NCBI GenBank assembly: GCA_964354495.1
Contig: CAYHAA010000004.1
Span: forward strand, 120,001-152,000
Reading direction: 5' to 3'
From: an uncultured archaeon
GTDB taxonomy: Archaea > Asgardarchaeota > Thorarchaeia > Thorarchaeales > Thorarchaeaceae
Length of the DNA stretch: 32,000 bases
Translations under genes and position numbers: made by a program
The notes under the pieces: generated by a model
Database searches by the model: none
What the model saw: the letters and a program-made list of their open reading frames with translations, nothing else
Told to the model about the DNA's origin: nothing
In this document: positions 26,440-32,000 of the stretch, one piece after another
How the letters are laid out: the number at the start of each line of letters is the position of its first letter
How positions within the stretch are numbered: position 1 is the stretch's first letter

Positions 26440-28047
26440 CTAGAATACTCCACTGATGTTGCCTCCATCATCTACATCCATCTGTTCTGCGGCAGGTGCT
26501 TCAGGTAGTCCGGGCATCAGATTGATGTCACCCATGTGGATAACAACAAATCCAGCGCCACTGTTGACATCAGCGCCGACTACTTCCACATCAAAGCAAT
26601 CAGGTCTTCCTGGCAATCCCTTGTTGTCAGACAGACTGAACTGTGTCTTTGCAATGCAGATTGGCAGTTTTCCATATCCTCGCTTCTCGAGAGAAGCAAT
26701 AACACCTCGGGCATCGCTTGTGTAATCTACATCCCGAGCACCATAGATTTGCTGCGCGACTTTCTGTATTTTGGTCTTGATAGGGTCCTTCAAATCATAT
26801 GTATACTTGATTGGATCAGCAGGTTGCTTCTCCAAGGTTTCAATGACTGCCCGAGCTAAGTCTAGCCCTCCTGCACTGCCTTTGGCATAGACCTCCGATA
26901 CTTCCACTCTAACGCCTTTCATCGAGCAGTGTTTCCGAATAAGATCAATCTCCTCATCAGTATCATTCGGGAATCGGTTGACCGCAACTATGACAGGAAC
27001 TCCAAAATTGCGCATATTCTCAACGTGTTTCTCAAGGTTGGGAAACCCTTGCTCCAGCACGTCGCTTCCATGGAACTTGAGTGCGCGTATCGTGGTGATT
27101 ACAACACAGGCATCCACCTTGAAATTGCCAATACGTGTGACGATGTTGAGGAATTTCTCTGCTCCAAGGTCAGCGCCAAAGCCAGTTTCGATGATGACAT
27201 AATCAAAGAGCCGTAGTGCAATGTCAGTTGAGATGACGGAGCTTGTACCATGAGCGATATTTGCGAAGGGTCCAGTGTGCATGATTGCAGGGGTTCCCTC
27301 GCAGGTCTGGACTAGGTTCGGTTTGAGTGCATCACGAAGAAGCACTGCCATTGCCCCATGAGCCTTCAGGTCCCTAGCATACATCTCCTTCGACTGCTGA
27401 GACCTACCTATCAGAATGTTTCCAAGACGTGTCTTCAAATCGCGATAGTCCATGGATAGCCCGAGGATGGCCATGACCTCTGATGCAGAGGTGATGATGA
27501 ATGAATCCTCCCGCGGCATTCCATCGTATCTGCCTCCGAGGCCGACTATCACCTTTCTTAGTGCTCTGTCATTCATGTCAACATTTCTCGGCCAGTAGGT
27601 TCGACGTATATCAATCTCAGGCTGATGATCGTGGTGAATGTAGTTGTCAATCATTGCCGACAAGAGGTTGTGGGCTGCTGAAACTGCAGGAAAATCTCCT
27701 GTAAGAAAGAGGTTCACCTGTTCGAATGGTTCTAGCTTGGATTTTCCACCGCCTGCAGCACCTCCTTTCACGCCAAAGACAGGACCCAGCGACGGCTGCC
27801 GCAGCGCTGCGACGGCATTATGGCCAAGCGCATTCAGAGCCATTGAGAGACCAATCGTGTTCGTCGTCTTGCCTTCGCCAGCGGGCGTCGGGGTGGTTGC
27901 TGTTACGAGTATCAGTTTGCCCTTCCGGGTCCCAAGCTCTTTGCGGATGTTCAGGTCAATCTTGGCCATATATTTCCCATAGAATTCTAAGAACCTCTCT
28001 TCGATACCTGCTTTCTTGGCAACCTCTGTAATCGGAATCATTGTCAT
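26440..28047 (-). CDS. fhs: Formate-tetrahydrofolate ligase
   Basis: TPTPAGEGKTT, RQPSLGPVFGVKGGAAGGG, GPFANIAHG, GFGADLGAEKF and PICIAKTQFSLSD. Confidence 0.96.
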   Translation of the reverse strand: MTMIPITEVAKKAGIEERFLEFYGKYMAKIDLNIRKELGTRKGKLILVTATTPTPAGEGKTTNTIGLSMALNALGHNAVAALRQPSLGPVFGVKGGAAGGGKSKLEPFEQVNLFLTGDFPAVSAAHNLLSAMIDNYIHHDHQPEIDIRRTYWPRNVDMNDRALRKVIVGLGGRYDGMPREDSFIITSASEVMAILGLSMDYRDLKTRLGNILIGRSQQSKEMYARDLKAHGAMAVLLRDALKPNLVQTCEGTPAIMHTGPFANIAHGTSSVISTDIALRLFDYVIIETGFGADLGAEKFLNIVTRIGNFKVDACVVITTIRALKFHGSDVLEQGFPNLEKHVENMRNFGVPVIVAVNRFPNDTDEEIDLIRKHCSMKGVRVEVSEVYAKGSAGGLDLARAVIETLEKQPADPIKYTYDLKDPIKTKIQKVAQQIYGARDVDYTSDARGVIASLEKRGYGKLPICIAKTQFSLSDNKGLPGRPDCFDVEVVGADVNSGAGFVVIHMGDINLMPGLPEAPAAEQMDVDDGGNISGVF

Positions 28048-28126
28048 CAGTTCCCGGCTCTAGTTGTCCGATGTTTCCACGATGCAATGCACATTGATAA
28101 AACAAGCTCTCTGGCGAACCACACCC

Positions 28127-28173
28127 GCACAGGAGATGGTGACCATGACACACATCCTTCTGTGTTCCTGTGC
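28127..28173. other. Branched hairpin in the fhs/RLP divergent intergenic region
   Basis: Outer stem GCACAGGA (28127-28134) / TCCTGTGC (28166-28173), inner stem ACACA-TCCTTC-TGTGT (28150-28165), and palindrome ATGGT-G-ACCAT (28136-28146). Confidence 0.5.
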
Positions 28174-28226
28174 TTCTCCAAAAGAACATAAGACGGTGTG
28201 CGCAGTTAGTAAGTCGGTCGATTATC

Positions 28227-29540
28227 ATGGACAGACTTCCACTTGATGCACTACCGGATGCATTACCAGATGCAATTGATGAAGAGAAGTATATCATTAG
28301 TACGTACTACGTCGGACTTCCACCGTTCCTTGATGCAAGGGAGATGGCTTGGGCGGCAGCAGTCGAACAGAGCACTGGGACTTGGACAATCGTTCCCGGA
28401 GAAACTCCAGAGGTCCGAAAGAGACACGTCGCGAAGGTAATCGGAGTCTATGAGGTTCCTCAGTACGAATACAGCCTTCCCAAAGACCTAGAGAGAAGGG
28501 AGTACATCATGCAGGTAGCCTTTCCCTGGGAGAACTTCGGCCAGCAGATTCCCATGCTTCTCAGCACCGTGGTTGGCAATATCTCCCTCTACGGGAGAAT
28601 CAAGTGTCTTGACATGAAGTTTCCAAAGAGCTGGCTTAAAGGATTCAAAGGTCCCAAGTTTGGAATCACGGGCCTCAGGAAGCTCCTGAAGGTCAAGAAG
28701 AGACCACTTCTGAACAATATGATCAAACCATGTGTCTACCCCTCCTGTCAAATGGGCGCAGACCTTGCCTACGAGGCAGCTGTGGGAGGAGCGGACATCA
28801 TTAAGGATGATGAGCTCCTGGCAAACCCCGCTTTCAACACCATCGAGGAGCGAATTCCGCGATTCATGGAAGCTCTTGACCGTGCAGACTCTGAGAAGGG
28901 CGAGAAGACACTCTATACAGTCAATATTACTGATAAATTGCCTCAGATGTTTGAGAATGCGGATCGAGCTATTGAGCTGGGCGCTAATGGACTGATGATC
29001 AACTTTCTTGCGGTGGGCTACGCTGCCTTCCTCCATGTATGTGAGGACTTGTCTCCCAAGGTCCCAGTTCTTGCACACATGGATATCACAGGTGCCATGT
29101 CCTATTCACCTATCGTCGGTATCTCCTCAAACATTATCACCGGAAAACTGCCAAGGATTTGTGGGGCCGACATCACAGTCTTTCCTGCTCCCTATGGAAA
29201 AGCACCGATTCTCAAGGAGCGGTTCCTCAATATCGCGCATGATATGGTCATGCCCCTTCACAATATCGAACAGACAGCTCCAATGCCAAGTGGTGGGATT
29301 AGCCCGGGACATGTTGAAGAAGTCATCAACGACCTAGGTCCAGATATCGTAATCGGATCGGGGGCAGGGATTCATGCTCATCCAAAAGGTCCTCGTGCAG
29401 GGGCTATTGCGTTTAGGCAAGCAATTGAAGCTAAGATGCAGGATATTCCCGTGAGCAGGTATGCAAAGGAAGAAGGGCATGAAGAGCTTAAGATCGCCAT
29501 GGAGTCATGGGGAACAGGAAAGACCGGAGCAGATTTGTAG
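28227..29540 (+). CDS. RuBisCO-like protein (form IV RLP)
   Basis: EQSTGTW, GNISLYG, RPLLNNMIKP, GGADIIKDDE, PYGK, PSGG and GAGIHAHP. K177, R295 and H327 equivalents are substituted. ATG 28227 (MDRLP) is preferred over 28170. Confidence 0.9.
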   Translation: MDRLPLDALPDALPDAIDEEKYIISTYYVGLPPFLDAREMAWAAAVEQSTGTWTIVPGETPEVRKRHVAKVIGVYEVPQYEYSLPKDLERREYIMQVAFPWENFGQQIPMLLSTVVGNISLYGRIKCLDMKFPKSWLKGFKGPKFGITGLRKLLKVKKRPLLNNMIKPCVYPSCQMGADLAYEAAVGGADIIKDDELLANPAFNTIEERIPRFMEALDRADSEKGEKTLYTVNITDKLPQMFENADRAIELGANGLMINFLAVGYAAFLHVCEDLSPKVPVLAHMDITGAMSYSPIVGISSNIITGKLPRICGADITVFPAPYGKAPILKERFLNIAHDMVMPLHNIEQTAPMPSGGISPGHVEEVINDLGPDIVIGSGAGIHAHPKGPRAGAIAFRQAIEAKMQDIPVSRYAKEEGHEELKIAMESWGTGKTGADL

Positions 29541-29583
29541 CTGAACTTGCTCAGAGGAAGCATGTGCCGGACTTGGTATCAAA

Positions 29584-30627
29584 ATGCCAGACCTTGCAGA
29601 TCCTATCACGGTTGGAAGGTTGAGCGTTCGCAATAGAACGGTAATGCCACCAATGGTGCGAAATCTAGCAACGGATGAGGGATTCGTCACACCTGAGCTG
29701 ATAGAGCACTATGCTGCAAGGAGTAGGGGAGGAGTGGGACTCATCATTGTGGAGGCGGCGGCAATTGACTGGGAACACGGCATTATGAAGCGGAATATCG
29801 GAATCCATGATGATAGAGTAATTCCCGGTCTATCAGCACTTGCAGAAGGCATCAAGAAACACGGAGCACGTGCATTCATCCAGATAAATCACGCAGGACC
29901 AAAATCCCATATCGCAACACGATATGTCGGTCCGTCAGCAGTCCCAGTTATGAAGGGCAAAGTACCAGAGGTCTTGACCGTAAGTGAGATCGAAGACATC
30001 AAAGGCAAGTTTGTGGATGCAGCCCGGCGAGCACAAGAGGCTGGATTCGACGGGGTGGAGATCCATGGCGCCCACTTCTATCTTCTAAGCGCATTTCTTT
30101 CCTCATACACGAACCGTAGGGTTGATGACTTTGGGGGAGCAATTGAGAAGAGAGCAAAATTCGCGGTCGATGTCATCAAAGCTATTCGCAGAAATCTTGG
30201 CAGATACCCCATAATCTTTCGCATGAATGGAATTGAAAATGCCGTGAACGGAATCACAATAGTTGAAGCAGTGAAGATTGCACGAATCATCGAACATGCG
30301 GGAGTTGATGCGTTGCATATCTCGTGTGTCGTTGACGCCACATACAATCCCGGGATTCCTTCAGTCTTCAGCGAGAAGACTATACCGGCATTCTTGCGTG
30401 GTTTTCCCTATGACTCCTGTATTCCATGCGCTTCGAATATCAAGCAGGGGGTGAAAATTCCAGTCATAGGCGTGGGTATGGTAAGAGACGCAGAGTTCGC
30501 AAGGAGAATCATCAAGAGGAATCTATGTGATCTTGTCGGAATAGGCAGGGCACTGCTTGCAGATGCAGAGTTTGTCCAAAAGACTCTAGACAACCGAGAT
30601 GACGAGATAGTCCCTTGGAAGGACTAG
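29584..30627 (+). CDS. NADH:flavin oxidoreductase (old yellow enzyme family, TIM-barrel only)
   Basis: RNRTVMPPM, GGVGLIIVE, QINHAG, GFDGVEIHGAHFYLL, NRRVDDFGG and GRALLAD. Confidence 0.92.
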   Translation: MPDLADPITVGRLSVRNRTVMPPMVRNLATDEGFVTPELIEHYAARSRGGVGLIIVEAAAIDWEHGIMKRNIGIHDDRVIPGLSALAEGIKKHGARAFIQINHAGPKSHIATRYVGPSAVPVMKGKVPEVLTVSEIEDIKGKFVDAARRAQEAGFDGVEIHGAHFYLLSAFLSSYTNRRVDDFGGAIEKRAKFAVDVIKAIRRNLGRYPIIFRMNGIENAVNGITIVEAVKIARIIEHAGVDALHISCVVDATYNPGIPSVFSEKTIPAFLRGFPYDSCIPCASNIKQGVKIPVIGVGMVRDAEFARRIIKRNLCDLVGIGRALLADAEFVQKTLDNRDDEIVPWKD

Positions 30628-30632
30628 TGAGT

Positions 30633-30712
30633 CGGACAAAGAGAGTGAGAGCCTCGGTAACGCAGCCTCATTCGCCCGGCTGCAGATTGAACGAGGCTAG
30701 CTGCTTCATGTC
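30633..30712 (-). repeat. Dispersed structured intergenic element, copy B
   Basis: Minus strand: GACATGAAGCAGCT, AGCCTCG..GCAGCC-loop-GGCTGC..CGAGGCT, then CTCACTCTCTTTGTCCG. The stems are at plus-strand 30650-30656/30692-30698 and 30662-30667/30678-30683. Confidence 0.7.
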
Positions 30713-30804
30713 GTGGTCCCTACAGTAGTCGCTCAGTGCCATACGAGTTTTTCATATGAGAGCATCTCAACCGATATCGCCGATTTGGGATGAGTCCCTT
30801 GAGC

Positions 30805-31998
30805 TCAATGAGCCCGTTTCCGTCCGGAAACCACACATAGGATGGCAAGGACAATCACAAGGCCGAGCACTGCCAGGAGCAGAAAGTTGCCTGGTATCGA
30901 AGTTGTGGTCGTTGTGCCTGTCGTCGGGGTTGTTGTCGTGGTAGTCCCTGATTGTATGGCGTAGCTGTATGTCGAGGTCACTGCCCAGTTGCCAAGTGTA
31001 TCGACTGCATAGATGCGATAATCGACTTCTGTCTCTGCAGGGAGGGCCGGTATTACGGCTTGATACTCGCCACCTAACAGACTCATCGTGACATTGAACC
31101 AATATGTGCCATTGAAGTAGGATAGGATTACGGTGTCCACCGCGGTGTCATCTGTGACATTCACCCGTACGAGTACAGTTTCCGTCGAATTGGGGCTCAA
31201 CGGGTCTTGCACAGGCACGTCGATGTTCGGCGGATTCTCTTCTGCAGCAACTGTAGTGTACGATATCTCACTGGTCATGTTCAGATTCCCAGCGGTGTCA
31301 TTCGCGTAGAAGATGTACCTGATTGTCGTACTGACAGTGAAGCCGGGTATCACGCCTGAGTAGGTGCCCCCGGACTTGGACAACAGGACTACTGTGAATG
31401 TGCCCCAGTCGTCCGAGCTATAGTTCAGATATACAGAGTCGATACCGGAGGCTGAGGGGGGCTCAGTGGCATCGACTGATACCAGTACCGCATGACCGGC
31501 TCCAGGGGTCGTTGCGTTCCGGTAGGCATTGCCAATCCATGGCTCGACTGAGTCGCTCACTGTGAAATTCGAAACAGTTGTTTCCGCATCACGCGATGAG
31601 GTGTCATTGGCGTATACACTGTAATAGACATCGGAGGAGAATGCAAATGGACCTATCTGCACACTGTAGTTGCCAGACGGTTGCAGGGACATGCCAACGT
31701 AGGTGGGACTTGTCCATCCTCCAACTTCATACTTCAGGAAGACAGAATCAAGAAACATGTCGGAGACGTTCGCCTCGAACACGGTCTGCTGGTAATACTC
31801 AACCTGAATCGGTGACCGCTTAAGGCCGTGGATTACCGGACTCTCAAGATCGAATGTCGAAATAGCCGCGAATGTATCCAGTTTACCGTATCCCCAGATC
31901 TTGTTGGGTACTACACCCGTGAAACCGTCGCTCGCAGCACTCGACTCGATAATCGACGCGACATCCGATCCGGCTGATGCATTCACCTGTAGCAACAA
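30805..31998 (-). CDS. C-terminal part of a membrane-anchored subtilase (S8)-like surface protein with three Ig-like repeats; 5'-truncated by the window edge
   Basis: PNKIWGYGKLD is a typical subtilase C-terminal motif. It is followed by three ~100-aa repeats (P.I ... V..V.L.Y ... Y...I ... Y..YA.DT.GN), a Thr-rich linker, a TM helix and a basic tail (GRKRAH). The catalytic triad is outside the window. Confidence 0.7.
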   Translation of the reverse strand: MLLQVNASAGSDVASIIESSAASDGFTGVVPNKIWGYGKLDTFAAISTFDLESPVIHGLKRSPIQVEYYQQTVFEANVSDMFLDSVFLKYEVGGWTSPTYVGMSLQPSGNYSVQIGPFAFSSDVYYSVYANDTSSRDAETTVSNFTVSDSVEPWIGNAYRNATTPGAGHAVLVSVDATEPPSASGIDSVYLNYSSDDWGTFTVVLLSKSGGTYSGVIPGFTVSTTIRYIFYANDTAGNLNMTSEISYTTVAAEENPPNIDVPVQDPLSPNSTETVLVRVNVTDDTAVDTVILSYFNGTYWFNVTMSLLGGEYQAVIPALPAETEVDYRIYAVDTLGNWAVTSTYSYAIQSGTTTTTTPTTGTTTTTSIPGNFLLLAVLGLVIVLAILCVVSGRKRAH

Positions 31999-32000
31999 CG

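Noticed and set aside
28108-28135. ZTP or THF riboswitch upstream of fhs (CTGGCGAAC resembles part of the ZTP motif)
   Set aside because: The match is on the strand opposite to fhs, and the downstream pseudoknot partner (CGCCTGGG-like) is absent.
28227-29540. Bona fide CO2-fixing RuBisCO (form III)
   Set aside because: The K177, R295 and H327 equivalents are substituted and the NNMIKP / GGADIIKDDE pattern is RLP-like. No PRK or AMP-pathway genes are adjacent.
29564-29596. Apparent duplicated gene start (GTGCCGGACTTG versus ATGCCAGACCTTG, both encoding MPDL)
   Set aside because: The match is short and imperfect and the upstream copy is out of frame. It cannot be distinguished from chance.
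30628-30720. HDV-like ribozyme, SECIS, c-di-GMP riboswitch or tRNA reading of the 30.65-kb hairpin (GGCGAATG and GTTACCGA look familiar)
   Set aside because: There is too little sequence between the would-be P2 strands for P3, P1 and P4. There is no cloverleaf or T-loop, no GA/GA SECIS core, and no in-frame TGA in the visible part of the flanking genes.
30915-30950. Short GTT/GTC/GTG tandem repeats
   Set aside because: They simply encode the poly-Thr linker of the surface protein.
391-31823. Numerous 60-200 aa alternative-frame or antisense ORFs in the track (for example 28488-29078, 10504-11040, 11887-12354)
   Set aside because: All overlap well-supported genes, lack recognisable motifs, and are expected shadow ORFs at about 50% GC.
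1-32000. Selenocysteine/pyrrolysine readthrough, programmed frameshifts, inteins, CRISPR arrays, IS elements, rRNA or tRNA
   Set aside because: The recognised proteins appear full length in single frames with no large insertions. I saw no regularly spaced repeats, transposase motifs or RNA-gene signatures. A tRNAscan-SE or Infernal run would be needed to exclude RNA genes formally.

Overview
Gene-dense archaeal chromosomal region with about 30 CDSs. It shows archaeal TATA boxes, GGAGG/GGTGA ribosome-binding sites, frequent TTG/GTG starts and tight gene abutments. The gene repertoire (tungsten AOR, SCP2, form IV RuBisCO-like protein, THF C1 genes, tandem Lrp regulator, Ig-repeat surface subtilase) fits an Asgard/Thorarchaeia-like anaerobe; this assignment is inference only. 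I found no rRNA, tRNA, CRISPR array, transposase or integrase. Modules: (1) PLP enzyme, GNAT, Ddl-like ATP-grasp ligase and MurL-like PP-loop protein; (2) membrane operon with an ArsR regulator and repeated palindromic operators; (3) SCP2, nitronate monooxygenase/FabK-like, Fe-ADH and AOR; (4) PepD, PAP2, Adc-like, ABC exporter, LplA, GNAT and GHMP kinase; (5) fhs-folD-ftcD divergent from RLP plus flavin oxidoreductase; (6) the C-terminal part of a membrane-anchored S8 protease. The most notable findings are a dispersed 3'-intergenic element with conserved flanks around a variable hairpin (two close copies at 10.1 and 30.7 kb, a weaker one at 4.65 kb), the MurL-like/Ddl-like peptide module, and an RLP that has lost its P5-site residues. 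Product calls come from motif recognition by eye, not from database searches.
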